Below are positions 37,601-47,708 of a DNA stretch of 64,000 nt, piece by piece. The translations under genes were made by a program, and so were the position numbers. Each line of letters begins with the position of its first letter. Position 1 is the stretch's first letter. The stretch is from Candidatus Magasanikiibacteriota bacterium. Its GTDB lineage: Bacteria > Patescibacteriota > Patescibacteriia > Magasanikbacterales > JACTTX01. The DNA is taken from the NCBI GenBank assembly GCA_015661005.1, contig JACTTX010000002.1:856-64855 (forward strand), read 5' to 3'. Under the pieces are notes generated by a model. That model was given only the letters and a program-made list of their open reading frames with translations, searched no databases and was not told where the DNA came from.

Positions 37601-39007
37601 CTAAAACGGCTGATTACCCATGCCACCGAACATGCCGCCAGTATTGGATGGTCCGCCATTATCGGACGGTCCGCCGCTGAAACCTTTTGGAATTTGCATT
37701 TGGCTGAACTGTTGAGGCGCGTTCCCCGGCATAAATCCTTCCTGTTCATGCTGTTGTCCGGTCAGTTCATCAACGCCATCGCGGAACTCGGACATCTTTT
37801 GTCCGAATTCTTCAAAAGAAGCAATCATGGAATCAGGGTCGGTCACGTTTTTAATCGCGGCCTTGACTTCCTCAAAGTTACTTTTAATTTCATTCTGCAG
37901 GGTCTGAAGTTCTTCAACGTCCAATTTCTTGGCTTTGAGCTGGCGAATCATCGCGTCATTTTTTTTAATCTCGGCCGCGATCTGTTTGGCGTACCGTGTA
38001 AATCCGGTGACCGCGTCAACAACCCCGCGAAGCTGACGCAACTCATCCATTTTCTCAAAAACATTGGTCTGTAGAGTGTCCATCACTTCTTGCGCATCTC
38101 CGCCTTTGAAAGCCTCACCGGCATGATTACGGCCGTCTTTGATGGCGGTGATTGCGGCGCTCATATTACTCAAGAGCTCACCGGCTTCAACACCGGTTCG
38201 TTTCAACCGCGCCACATCTTGAATAAATGTTTTATCTAGTTTGGCAATTTCACGATCAACTTTCTTGAACATTTCCGGAACACGGCTCAACTGTTCCAAA
38301 TCCCGCATTTTTTCATTCAAGTCCTGCATTAAATCGCCGATGTCGCCCATATCCACATCTTCAATTTCATCCATTAATTGCGCGTTGGTAACGCTCGCAA
38401 CAATGCTTTTTAATTTTCCCAGGGTCTCTAAAATTTCAGCAGGCGGTTCAATGCTGACTTTCTTGCGAAAACGGGTCAACTGTTTATCAAACTGCGTGAT
38501 CATTCGCGAAATCTGTTTGACATTTTGTTTCATCTGTTTCAAACGCTGTTCGTCTTGGCGTTTCTGTTGTTCATCCTGCATTTTTTGTTGCCGCTCCATA
38601 TCCTCATTCTGCCGATCTTCATTCATTTGATCCGGCATTTGTTTCATCATCGGCTGGGTTGACGGCAAAGGTTGCGCTTCAAATGATTTCATCTCTTGCT
38701 TTTGTTGCGGCTCCATTTGTCCTGACCGTTCTGATTTCTGCATCGGCTCAACACTTGGCATCGGCGCCGACATTGGCGAAAAACTCTGGCCGCCCGAATT
38801 CTCCTCTGCATAAACCACCTCGGCCATGGAGGATGGCGTCACATAAGCGGCGTAAGTTGAAAATGAACCCACAATAACACCAAAAAGACCAATCAAAAGC
38901 GGTCTGACGGCCGAAGATAAAAGAGCTGATAACATATATAAAGAACGAAAAGGTGATGGATTGTCTTCCCCAAGGCGCTTATCGCCGCGAAGAACAAAAT
39001 CCATCAC
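37601..39007 (-). CDS. hypothetical membrane-anchored protein with Gln/Met/Glu-rich low-complexity region and coiled coil
   Basis: The long ORF reaches 39109 and overlaps uvrD, so an internal start was chosen (Met at 39007 or 38935). TM helix LLIGLFGVIVGSF, then a QQKQEMK/MPDQMNEDRQNED low-complexity stretch and heptad-like repeats. Confidence 0.5.
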   Translation of the reverse strand: MMDFVLRGDKRLGEDNPSPFRSLYMLSALLSSAVRPLLIGLFGVIVGSFSTYAAYVTPSSMAEVVYAEENSGGQSFSPMSAPMPSVEPMQKSERSGQMEPQQKQEMKSFEAQPLPSTQPMMKQMPDQMNEDRQNEDMERQQKMQDEQQKRQDEQRLKQMKQNVKQISRMITQFDKQLTRFRKKVSIEPPAEILETLGKLKSIVASVTNAQLMDEIEDVDMGDIGDLMQDLNEKMRDLEQLSRVPEMFKKVDREIAKLDKTFIQDVARLKRTGVEAGELLSNMSAAITAIKDGRNHAGEAFKGGDAQEVMDTLQTNVFEKMDELRQLRGVVDAVTGFTRYAKQIAAEIKKNDAMIRQLKAKKLDVEELQTLQNEIKSNFEEVKAAIKNVTDPDSMIASFEEFGQKMSEFRDGVDELTGQQHEQEGFMPGNAPQQFSQMQIPKGFSGGPSDNGGPSNTGGMFGGMGNQPF

Positions 39008-39096
39008 CCATTTAATTACCGCATCAGTATACCATTTTTTGCACGATTTGGCAAGTTTTTGCAGTGCGACGTAAAAAATATTCTTTGTTGCGCGAT

Positions 39097-41136
39097 TTAC
39101 GCCGACCAAAGCAACCGCTTTCCTATTTTAGACGCGGACTTGGCTTCTCCGTCGTCATCAACATATCGAGCGTCCTCATTACCCAAAGTCCCGACGGTTT
39201 GACCATCACGTTCTATGTCTAAGAGTCCTCTATCAACACCATCAATGAACGGCGAAGCCGCGGAAATTTGGGAAGCGTCGCGGCCGCCGAGAATGGGATA
39301 AGTCAAAAAAAGATGGCGCCGCGCCCTTGTCACGGCCACATAGAAAAGCCGCCGCTCTTCCTCAATGCCGTTTGGTTCTTTGAGCGCGCGCTCGTTGGGA
39401 AATCCGCCATCCGTCAAATTAATCACAAAAACCGCGTCCCATTCCAAACCTTTGGCTTGATGAACGGTGGAGAGCACCACTTGCTCGCGTTGATTTTCTT
39501 TTTGATCGCGATCGCTGGCGTAGGATTCTGAAAGCGAAGCGTCCGCCAAAAAATGAGAAAGGTCGCGGGAGCGTTCGGCAAAACGAGTGAGCTGTTCAAT
39601 GTCATCCAAGCGATCGCGCCAATTGGTGAACTCCCCTTCCACAAACTCTTTGTAAAAAGAATTAACGCAAGCGCGAATCAGTTCCGCCGGTCTTTCTTTG
39701 GAGGCCGAGATCATGGCCTCGGCAATGCGCTGAACTTGCGCCCAGCCAGTGGCGGCGCGCGGCCCAATCTGCGCCGCCACATCCATCAAGACCACGTCTT
39801 CAAATTTCTCCATCTGCTTTAGGGCGGCGGTTATTTCTTGCGCCGTCCGCTCCCCCACTCCGGCTTGCAGTTTCAAAATTCTTGACCAAGCAATGACATC
39901 GTGGACATTGTTGAAAATGCGCAAAAATGAAAGCACGTCTTTTACATGCGCGCGGTCAAAAAATTTGAGTCCGCCGCGATAATCATACGCCACGCCGCGC
40001 TTCATCAATTCCAATTCCAACATTTGCGAATGAAAAGTGGCGCGAAAAAGCACGGCAATCTCTTTGGCGGGCACGCCGCGATTCAGAAGGGAAATAATTT
40101 TGTCGGCAATGATATGCGCTTCTTCATATTGAGTGGGCGCGGGAACAAGCAAAGGTTTGGCGAGTGGCCCACAGACGGCTTTCAAATTTTTTGGGTATTG
40201 TTTGACGTTTTGCGCAATGACGCAGTTGGCCAGATTCAAAATATCCGGCGTGGAACGATAATTGGTTTCTAAGCGGAAAACTTTGGCGCCGAAAAATTGT
40301 TTTTCAAACGCCAAAATATTTTGGATGTCGGCGGCGCGAAAAGAATAAATGGATTGGGCGTCGTCCCCGACAACCAGAATATTTTTGTGATGCGAAGACA
40401 AGGCATTTACAATACTCGCCTGAAGGCGATTAGTGTCTTGATACTCGTCAACCAGCACATATTGAAATTGTTCGGAAAATTTCTGACGCACGGACGCGTT
40501 TGTCAATAAAAGATTATTTAATTTCACCAATAAATCATCAAAGTCCATCACATTGGCCTCGCGTTTTTTTTGTTCATATTGCCGACTGATGTGTTCAATC
40601 ATTTCCAGCCGATCTAAAAATCGCGGATACTTGAGATCAAGAGTGTCGGAAATTGTGCCTTCGGCATTGCGAGAATAGGATAAGGTATCTTGAATGATGG
40701 CCAATGACGGCATTTGTTTATTTTTAACATCAATGCCTTCATCGCGCGCCACAAGTGCGATCATGCTCTGGCTGTCATCGCTGTCCAAGATGGTAAAATT
40801 AGGAGTGTGCCCCACTTCTTGAGCGTAGGCACGCAAGATTCGCAAAGCGATACGATGAAAAGTACCGCCCCAAAGCCGCGGCAAAGTCCGGCCAAGAATT
40901 GTTTCCACGCGGCCGAGCATTTCCCGCGACGCTTTGTTGGTAAAAGTAACGAGCAAGATGCGATCCTCCGGAATGCCCTGCTCCAGAAGATAAGCGACGC
41001 GATAAGTGATGGCCCGCGTTTTGCCGGAACCGGCGCCAGCCAAAACTAAACAAGCGCCGTCGCCTTTGGTCACAACGGTATACTGCTCATCATTTAAATC
41101 GGCGCGAAAATCAATCATGGAAAATCCACGAGACAA
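39097..41136 (-). CDS. uvrD: ATP-dependent DNA helicase, UvrD/PcrA/Rep family
   Basis: Helicase motifs I (AGAGSGKTRAIT), Ia (TFTNKASREM), II (VLVDEYQDTN), III, V (VHQAKGLEWDAVFV) and VI (LFYVAVTRAR). Confidence 0.93.
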   Translation of the reverse strand: MSRGFSMIDFRADLNDEQYTVVTKGDGACLVLAGAGSGKTRAITYRVAYLLEQGIPEDRILLVTFTNKASREMLGRVETILGRTLPRLWGGTFHRIALRILRAYAQEVGHTPNFTILDSDDSQSMIALVARDEGIDVKNKQMPSLAIIQDTLSYSRNAEGTISDTLDLKYPRFLDRLEMIEHISRQYEQKKREANVMDFDDLLVKLNNLLLTNASVRQKFSEQFQYVLVDEYQDTNRLQASIVNALSSHHKNILVVGDDAQSIYSFRAADIQNILAFEKQFFGAKVFRLETNYRSTPDILNLANCVIAQNVKQYPKNLKAVCGPLAKPLLVPAPTQYEEAHIIADKIISLLNRGVPAKEIAVLFRATFHSQMLELELMKRGVAYDYRGGLKFFDRAHVKDVLSFLRIFNNVHDVIAWSRILKLQAGVGERTAQEITAALKQMEKFEDVVLMDVAAQIGPRAATGWAQVQRIAEAMISASKERPAELIRACVNSFYKEFVEGEFTNWRDRLDDIEQLTRFAERSRDLSHFLADASLSESYASDRDQKENQREQVVLSTVHQAKGLEWDAVFVINLTDGGFPNERALKEPNGIEEERRLFYVAVTRARRHLFLTYPILGGRDASQISAASPFIDGVDRGLLDIERDGQTVGTLGNEDARYVDDDGEAKSASKIGKRLLWSA

Positions 41137-41177
41137 AGAGGGCGGCCTAAGCTGGCCACCCTCTTTAATTCATGCGC

Positions 41178-41627
41178 TTACGCTACCCGCAGGCGATGCA
41201 ACATCATTGCCGATGATTTTGGTATCGCTTTTTCTTCCGCCAAAACATCAATCAGCATATCAAACTTCTTATCAACGCGATTGAACCCGCCCTGAACTTC
41301 CAATCGCGTAAGTTCAAGCGTTTCCCGAAGCTCGCCAATCTGCGGAAGAATGTTCACATCCATGAACTCAATAATGTCTTGACGGAGACGATCAATTTTA
41401 TTATCTTGGGTCTCAAACCGCTTGTCCATGGTGGCAAAACGCACATCAATGGCGTCAAACCGCTTGTCCATGGTGGCAAAACGCACATCAATGGCGTCAA
41501 ACCGCTTGTCCATCATTTTTCCCAATTTTTCTAGGTCTTTATCATCCAACATATATGGTCTTTCACACATTAAAAGCGTTCGACCTTTCCCTGTCCCCCA
41601 CAAGGAACCCTCCTTGCAAAAAGACAA
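41178..41627 (-). CDS. hypothetical protein with internal 14-aa tandem repeat (DKRFDAIDVRFATM x2.3)
   Basis: The ORF contains a 42-bp direct DNA repeat. The start is uncertain (Met at 41552 or 41570 are alternatives). Confidence 0.45.
   Translation of the reverse strand: MSFCKEGSLWGTGKGRTLLMCERPYMLDDKDLEKLGKMMDKRFDAIDVRFATMDKRFDAIDVRFATMDKRFETQDNKIDRLRQDIIEFMDVNILPQIGELRETLELTRLEVQGGFNRVDKKFDMLIDVLAEEKAIPKSSAMMLHRLRVA
41417..41513. repeat. 42-bp perfect tandem direct repeat, 2.3 copies, in-frame within the CDS
   Basis: ACCGCTTGTCCATGGTGGCAAAACGCACATCAATGGCGTCAA occurs twice, followed by a 13-bp partial third copy. Confidence 0.85.
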
Positions 41628-41718
41628 CGCCTCTGGGTCATTATATCGGCAGAAAAATCAATGTCAAACAGTCAAATTGCGTGCAAATTCCAACAATGTG
41701 GATAAACTGTGGACACTA

Positions 41719-43077
41719 TTACGATCCAGCAATAATAATCATGACCTTGGCTCCGCTGGCTTTCTTTTCCGGCGGCACCCAATCGTGGGCGGCGTTCAAA
41801 ACAACATTTTTGTCATATAAATAATTTTCACCTTTGCGCGTTCCCGGATCATTGGTGATGAATTTGTCTTTGGTGAATCCTTTGATCACGAGCATATGAT
41901 ATTCCGGCCCGCCGTTTCTAAAATTGGGATTACCGAGCATTTTACCATTGGCTGGCACAATGACCGGCACGCCACGCGCTACACTCCGTTCAATCGCGTC
42001 AAGAGTCAGCGGCGCGACGGAAACATTTTTATAACCAAAATATTCTCGCGCGATTATTGCCGTTTCTTCCGCGGTGGTGTCTTCAAAATATCCAAAACGC
42101 GTTTTCTGCCAAGCAACAAGTTTGAGTAAGGCATCTTCGGCCGATACTTTCGTCAATGACTTTGTGCCTTTGAAGTACGCATCCACCATAATAAGCGATG
42201 CTTCTTCACATGTCTCTTCATGAACCGGATCCCAGTTGGCAAATGGCGCCTGCGACGTGAAAGGCACGGCCAGATTTTTTTGCGTGCCGACCGTTGGCGT
42301 TGACACCGAGGCGACCACAGAATTAATTTCCGGCGGCGGGCTTTCTTTGGTAACATCAGTAAAAAGCTCCGCCGTCGGGACCGCCACTTGTTTACGCAAA
42401 TCATCAAAGGCATCGCGTAAACGAACGCGATAAAAAAAGGCGAACACCGATAACGCCAGAACGAGAGCGATGAACAGTCCGGCCAGCCGCGATTTTGATT
42501 CGGAAATTGTTTTTTTTCGCCAGAACATAATAAGAATGATTAACGTTAGCACGATCAATCCATAATTGGCAAGCATGAAGACCGGCGTTCCCCAGGAAAT
42601 GCCGTTGACATATGGCGTCGTCAGCGGAAAAAGAAAGGGGGTTGGGAAAAATACTTCGGCGTGTGTGGGGATATCAATTAAAATATGCAGGCCCCAAGAC
42701 AGGAATGGCCAAAAAAAATATTCGCGCCATTGGTGACGGGCGCCGGGACGCAGACGGGCCAGGTGATTCCGCCGCAAAATGGAAAACAGAATCAGCAGGA
42801 GAATAAAAACAAACAGCGAATGGGTAAGATTGTAGGCAACATGAACATACGAGGGCACAACAAAAGTCCGCGGATCAAATTTTCTCACGAGCCGACCGAC
42901 AACGTTTGGTAGTTCAAATAAAAATTGCAGGCCAAAAGAAAATAGGTCCGGCGCGATGCCAAAAAAAATGGCCAGCCAGCGATCCCTTTTTCTGAATCGC
43001 GTAAAAACAATGTTGCTCCAAAGACCATGAGCGAAGATGTCCATGCGATTGATTATAACAGATAACATGAAACGCAA
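41719..43077 (-). CDS. polytopic membrane protein with C-terminal papain-like (peptidase C39-like) domain
   Basis: N-terminal ~230 aa has about 6 TM helices. The C-terminal domain has a Cys-containing segment (APFANWDPVHEETCEEAS) and His/Asn further on, resembling C39_2/BtrH-like folds. Weak assignment. Confidence 0.4.
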   Translation of the reverse strand: MRFMLSVIINRMDIFAHGLWSNIVFTRFRKRDRWLAIFFGIAPDLFSFGLQFLFELPNVVGRLVRKFDPRTFVVPSYVHVAYNLTHSLFVFILLLILFSILRRNHLARLRPGARHQWREYFFWPFLSWGLHILIDIPTHAEVFFPTPFLFPLTTPYVNGISWGTPVFMLANYGLIVLTLIILIMFWRKKTISESKSRLAGLFIALVLALSVFAFFYRVRLRDAFDDLRKQVAVPTAELFTDVTKESPPPEINSVVASVSTPTVGTQKNLAVPFTSQAPFANWDPVHEETCEEASLIMVDAYFKGTKSLTKVSAEDALLKLVAWQKTRFGYFEDTTAEETAIIAREYFGYKNVSVAPLTLDAIERSVARGVPVIVPANGKMLGNPNFRNGGPEYHMLVIKGFTKDKFITNDPGTRKGENYLYDKNVVLNAAHDWVPPEKKASGAKVMIIIAGS

Positions 43078-43129
43078 AACATGGGAATACTTGCGGCGAC
43101 GATGATTTCACGATACACTTTTGCCGATT

Positions 43130-44365
43130 ATGGAAATTTTTTTTGAACGGACATCACAAGACGGTCGCGCCCGCGCGGGCGTGCTTCACACCGCTCACGG
43201 CGATGTGGAAACGCCGGTCTTTATGCCTGTTGGCACGCAGGCCACGGTCAAAGCCCTGGACTCGCGGGATCTGGCGGAGAGCGGCGCGGAAATTATTTTG
43301 GCCAATACTTATCATCTTCATTTGCGTCCGGATGAAGACGTCATCGCCCGCGCCGGCGGCATTCATAAATTTATGAATTGGAACCGCGCGCTCTTGACGG
43401 ACAGTGGCGGTTTCCAGGTTTTCAGTTTGGCGCAAAAAAAACATACTGGGGACAGGCACCCGACGCTTCGCGTCGTGAGCCAGTCCCAAGTGTTGGACCA
43501 GCCCCCAACACTTGTCTCCATTGACGACGACGGCGTTACCTTCCGTTCGCACTTGGACGGTTCCACGCATCGCTTCACGCCGGAGGAATCAATCATGATT
43601 CAGAAAAAAATTGGCGCTGATATTATTATGGCGTTTGACGAATGCACGCCGGACGACGCTGATCGCGCCCGCGTACAGGACGCAATGGACCGCACGCACG
43701 CCTGGGCTGAACGCTCTTTGGCGGAACATAAAAAAAATCCGGAGAGCATTGTGTTCGGGAACGACGGCGCCGTAAGAGGCCACCGTCAATTTCTTTTTGG
43801 CATCATTCAAGGCGGGTCGTATAAAGATTTGCGAGAGGAAAGCGCTCGCGCCATTGCTACTCTTCCCTTTGACGGCATTGCCATCGGCGGCGAATCAATT
43901 GGTTACAATATGTCAGCGACGGCGCATATTTTGGATTGGCTAGCGCCGCTCTTGCCGGAAAATAAACCGCGCTACACCATGGGCGTTGGCGTTTCACCGC
44001 TGGATCTTTTTGAAGTTGTAGAACGCGGCGTTGATATGTTTGATTGCGTGGCGCCAACGCGCATGGCGCGCAATGGTTCACTTTACTTAAAATCCGCCGG
44101 TGTTAAAAATAAATTCCGTCTTAACATCACGAACGCGCAATTTTCCGAAGATCAAGGCGCGATTGATCCCGATTGCCGTTGTTTCACTTGCGTCAATCAC
44201 ACACGCGCTTACCTCCATCATCTTTTCAAAGCTGAAGAACTGCTGGCTTACCGTCTAGCCACCATTCATAATATTCATTTTCTGCTGTCGCTAATGCAAG
44301 AGATGCGTCAAAACATCAAAAACGGAAAATTCCGCGAGTTTAAACAATCGTGGGTTGACGCCTAA
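43130..44365 (+). CDS. tgt: queuine tRNA-ribosyltransferase
   Basis: GRARAGVL..HG.VETPVFMPVGTQATVK, LTDSGGFQVFSL, and the C-terminal zinc site CRCFTC...H. Confidence 0.92.
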   Translation: MEIFFERTSQDGRARAGVLHTAHGDVETPVFMPVGTQATVKALDSRDLAESGAEIILANTYHLHLRPDEDVIARAGGIHKFMNWNRALLTDSGGFQVFSLAQKKHTGDRHPTLRVVSQSQVLDQPPTLVSIDDDGVTFRSHLDGSTHRFTPEESIMIQKKIGADIIMAFDECTPDDADRARVQDAMDRTHAWAERSLAEHKKNPESIVFGNDGAVRGHRQFLFGIIQGGSYKDLREESARAIATLPFDGIAIGGESIGYNMSATAHILDWLAPLLPENKPRYTMGVGVSPLDLFEVVERGVDMFDCVAPTRMARNGSLYLKSAGVKNKFRLNITNAQFSEDQGAIDPDCRCFTCVNHTRAYLHHLFKAEELLAYRLATIHNIHFLLSLMQEMRQNIKNGKFREFKQSWVDA

Positions 44366-44401
44366 TGTCTTTTGGACGATCTTCCGCTATAATGTGCGTA
44401 T

Positions 44402-44800
44402 ATGGAAGGTGAAGGCCGGGACAAACCCATTCCCTTAAACGCCAAACTAGAAATGAAACAAGAGCGGCTCAAAGCTGACGGCCTTTTTTTAATTGACATC
44501 ATCCCGGGCGGCGCCAAACAGAGCGACTATGGCCTGTTCAAACAAGAAGAGGTTGAACAAATTAATCAACATTTAGCGCACCTGAACCAAACATTATTGA
44601 ATGGTGAATATGGGCACGCTTTGCGCCATGTAAAAAAAATTGCCGGGGAACTGGAAAAGATATTTGAGGAGCGCAAACATGAGTCGCGATTTTTAAAAAT
44701 CAAGGCCGGAAATTTAATTGACTTAGACGCTCCGGTGCGAGCATCCCTCAAAAAAATAAAAGAACTCGCCGCAATTTTAAAAACTAAAATCACAAAATAA
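44402..44800 (+). CDS. hypothetical protein
   Basis: 132-aa ORF downstream of tgt; helical and charged; no recognisable motif. Confidence 0.4.
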   Translation: MEGEGRDKPIPLNAKLEMKQERLKADGLFLIDIIPGGAKQSDYGLFKQEEVEQINQHLAHLNQTLLNGEYGHALRHVKKIAGELEKIFEERKHESRFLKIKAGNLIDLDAPVRASLKKIKELAAILKTKITK

Positions 44801-44801
44801 T

Positions 44802-45482
44802 ATGCATCCTTTTCAATTTACACTGGCCCTTCTTGAACAAACCGTCAAAGGCGCGCCGCGATGGTTTGCCGAAGAACGGCGGCAATCAATGTTGGAGACG
44901 CTCAAAGCATATGAAATGAATCCCACCGTCGGGCGGGAAGAATTGGACAATGTCATCATTGCTTTTGGAAAAGAAATTTGGCCTTACCGCAAAGCGCTGG
45001 CCGCTTTGCATGAAAAATACGCCGCCCCGCGCGAAGAAAAATATATTCGCGCCGCTTTGGGTCAGGCGCTGGTCGGAAAATTTGATACCTATCTGCGGGA
45101 AGGCAATTCCATCACGGATTTCAAACAAGGCAAGCAGTTTGAGACATTCTTCACGCCGGACGAGCAGGCGGAAATTGTGGCCAAATACTTGGACGCTCAT
45201 GACAAAGTGATGGATGAATTCCAAAGCGAGTGCATGGGACCGCGGTTGGATGAGTGCAATCAGTTGGTGGAAGATTTTAAAAATGAATTGCCAAAAATTG
45301 AAGACGCCATTATGCGGCTTTCACTCTTGGCTGATGAATCACCAAAATGGCGCGATGAAATCATGGATAAAGTGCGCGTTTTTGAAGAGGGCTGGAGCGG
45401 CGAGGAAAAAGACGTCACGCGGGAGACGGCGGAAAAAGAAATTGAGTTTTATAAGGATGCCATTCAAGGGGAAACGGAATGA
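44802..45482 (+). CDS. hypothetical protein
   Basis: 226-aa ORF adjacent to the previous one; no recognisable motif. Confidence 0.4.
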   Translation: MHPFQFTLALLEQTVKGAPRWFAEERRQSMLETLKAYEMNPTVGREELDNVIIAFGKEIWPYRKALAALHEKYAAPREEKYIRAALGQALVGKFDTYLREGNSITDFKQGKQFETFFTPDEQAEIVAKYLDAHDKVMDEFQSECMGPRLDECNQLVEDFKNELPKIEDAIMRLSLLADESPKWRDEIMDKVRVFEEGWSGEEKDVTRETAEKEIEFYKDAIQGETE

Positions 45483-45539
45483 CGCGCGGGCAGATCAATA
45501 GCCGGAAATAAACCCGACCCCGCGGCAAGTCGCGGGTTA

Positions 45540-46592
45540 TTACGGGCTGGCAATAAACATCGCGTCGCCAAAAGAAAAAAACCGATATTTTTTGGCAATG
45601 GCTTTTTTGTAGGCGGCCAGAATAGTTTGACGGCCGACAAAAGCGGCAACGAGCATCAGGAGCGTTGATTTTGGCAGATGAAAATTGGTAATCAGCCCGT
45701 CAATAATTTGGAACTGGAACGCGGGCGTAATGAAGATATTAATGTCGCCGGAAAATTTTTTGACCGATCCATTTTTTTGCGCCACGCCTTCAAGAGCGCG
45801 CACCGCCGTTGTGCCAACGGCAATCACTCGCCTTCCTTTTTTTTTGGCGGCGCGGATTTTTTGCGCCGCCGCCGCGTCAATCTGAACCCACTCGCTGTGC
45901 ATGGTGTGATCTTCAATTTTTTCCGCCTTAACCGGACGGAAAGTTCCGACGCCGACGTGCAAAGTGATGGTTGTTGTTTTTACGCCCAAACTTTTAAGCT
46001 GGCGGAGTAGATGTTTGGTGAAATGAAAAGAAGCCGTCGGCGCGGCCACGGAACCGACGCGTTTGGCGAAAATTGTTTGATATTCTTCAAAATTCTGCGG
46101 CTCGGTCTTTATATATGGCGGAACCGGAATATGCCCAACGCGGTTAGCCAGCGCGATCACCCGCTCCGACGCCATGGGAAATTTTACCAAGAGTCGACCG
46201 TCAGAAAATTTTTCCGTCACCTCGCACCAAAATTTTTTTGTGAACTCCACGCGGGTGCCAATAGACAGAATTTTTCCGGGCCGACCAAGCGCTTCCCAAT
46301 TGTTGCCGCTCGTCGGCCTTAACAAAAAAATTTCCGCGTCGCGCCCGCGAGGTTCGCCTGTATTCGCGGACGTTCTAATCGCGCCAAGCAAACGCGCTTT
46401 GAAAACTTTGGTGTCGTTAAAAACTAAGAGATCGCCGGGCCGCAAAAATTTCGGCAGATCAAAAAAATGACGGTGTTTGAGAGAACCGCTCCGGCGGTCA
46501 AAAATCATGAGACGTGAGTGATCCCGGGGCTGAATGGATTCTTGAGCGATCAATTCTTTGGGTAGTAAATAATCGAAAAGGGAGGTAAACAT
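45540..46592 (-). CDS. queA: S-adenosylmethionine:tRNA ribosyltransferase-isomerase
   Basis: MFTSLFDYLLPKELIAQ..PRD.SRLM N-terminus and VGTTAVRALE motif. Start at 46592 inside ORF 45540..46667. Confidence 0.88.
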   Translation of the reverse strand: MFTSLFDYLLPKELIAQESIQPRDHSRLMIFDRRSGSLKHRHFFDLPKFLRPGDLLVFNDTKVFKARLLGAIRTSANTGEPRGRDAEIFLLRPTSGNNWEALGRPGKILSIGTRVEFTKKFWCEVTEKFSDGRLLVKFPMASERVIALANRVGHIPVPPYIKTEPQNFEEYQTIFAKRVGSVAAPTASFHFTKHLLRQLKSLGVKTTTITLHVGVGTFRPVKAEKIEDHTMHSEWVQIDAAAAQKIRAAKKKGRRVIAVGTTAVRALEGVAQKNGSVKKFSGDINIFITPAFQFQIIDGLITNFHLPKSTLLMLVAAFVGRQTILAAYKKAIAKKYRFFSFGDAMFIASP

Positions 46593-46596
46593 ATTT

Positions 46597-46665
46597 GGGG
46601 ACAGTTCTAAAGGGGACACTTCTAAACGCAAAGCGTTTAGAAGTGTCCCCTTTAGAACTGTCCCC
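46597..46665. repeat. 69-bp perfect palindrome (33-bp arms, 3-nt loop)
   Basis: GGGGACAGTTCTAAAGGGGACACTTCTAAACGC-aaa-GCGTTTAGAAGTGTCCCCTTTAGAACTGTCCCC lies between the queA start and the mltG stop. Confidence 0.9.
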
Positions 46666-46673
46666 ATCCCATC

Positions 46674-47705
46674 TCAAAGAAACTTTCGGTTGGAGGCATG
46701 TTCTTCAAGCGTTCGTCCGTAATGGACAACACCGTCGCGACCGGTCAAATAAAACCAAAAAGAGTTGGACTTGGGACGCAAAGCCGCTTCAATGGTGGCG
46801 ACACCCGGATTGCTGATGGGAGAGAGCGGCAAACCCGGATATTTATAAGTGTTCCAAAAAGAATCCACTTGACGATCATCAGCCGTTGTAAACAATCCTT
46901 CTTTGCCGGTCAAATAATTCACCGAGGAATCAACTTGCAAAGCCATTCCCCGTTTGAGCCGCCGCCACAAAATGTCCGCCACCATAGCGCGATCAGTGAC
47001 CTGCGGCACTTCTTTTTCCAAAATTGACGCCACAATCACAATCTCATAAAGCGAATGTCCACTCTTGTCAATCTCGCTACCGTAGACATCCACAATTTTT
47101 TTCTGAAACGTACCGAGCATTTTTTTAATAACATCTTCAAGCGTGGCATTTTTGGCTACGCGATAAGTATCGGGAAACAAAAAACCTTCCAGACTCACAT
47201 AACTCGGTTTCACTTTCAAAAAAACAAAATCATTGGAAAAATTATCGGGCTGGGGCGCGGTTTTATTCCGACGATAATCTATCGCGACTTGACCGGAAAC
47301 GGCAAAAAAATCTTTCTGCGCCGCAATCCCTTTGCTTTCAAAATATTCGGCGATCTCCCGCAGATCCCAGCCCTCGGGAATCGTGATTGTTTCTTCGGAA
47401 GTGACAGATGAGAGTAAACGCGCCAGCGCGTCTTGGATGCTCAAACCCGCGGGCATTGTGAAACTGCCGGCTTTAAGCGCGCCGGCCTTTTTTGTAATTT
47501 TGGCATACCATTCAAAAAGACGCGGATAAGTGATGACGCCTTTTTTTGCCAACTCCGCGGCAATCATGGCCGCACTCTGTCCTTTCTCAATAAAAATTGG
47601 AACCGTCGGCGCGTTGGTTTTTGGACTGCGCCAATAAACCTGATACGCGTACCAGAGAGAACCGGCGACAAAAAGAAAAATAATTAATTTCACCAACTTA
47701 AACAT
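46674..47705 (-). CDS. mltG: endolytic murein transglycosylase MltG (YceG family)
   Basis: N-terminal TM anchor and YceG-like core (TIPEGW..REIA; LASILEKE). Confidence 0.85.
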   Translation of the reverse strand: MFKLVKLIIFLFVAGSLWYAYQVYWRSPKTNAPTVPIFIEKGQSAAMIAAELAKKGVITYPRLFEWYAKITKKAGALKAGSFTMPAGLSIQDALARLLSSVTSEETITIPEGWDLREIAEYFESKGIAAQKDFFAVSGQVAIDYRRNKTAPQPDNFSNDFVFLKVKPSYVSLEGFLFPDTYRVAKNATLEDVIKKMLGTFQKKIVDVYGSEIDKSGHSLYEIVIVASILEKEVPQVTDRAMVADILWRRLKRGMALQVDSSVNYLTGKEGLFTTADDRQVDSFWNTYKYPGLPLSPISNPGVATIEAALRPKSNSFWFYLTGRDGVVHYGRTLEEHASNRKFL

Positions 47706-47708
47706 ACT

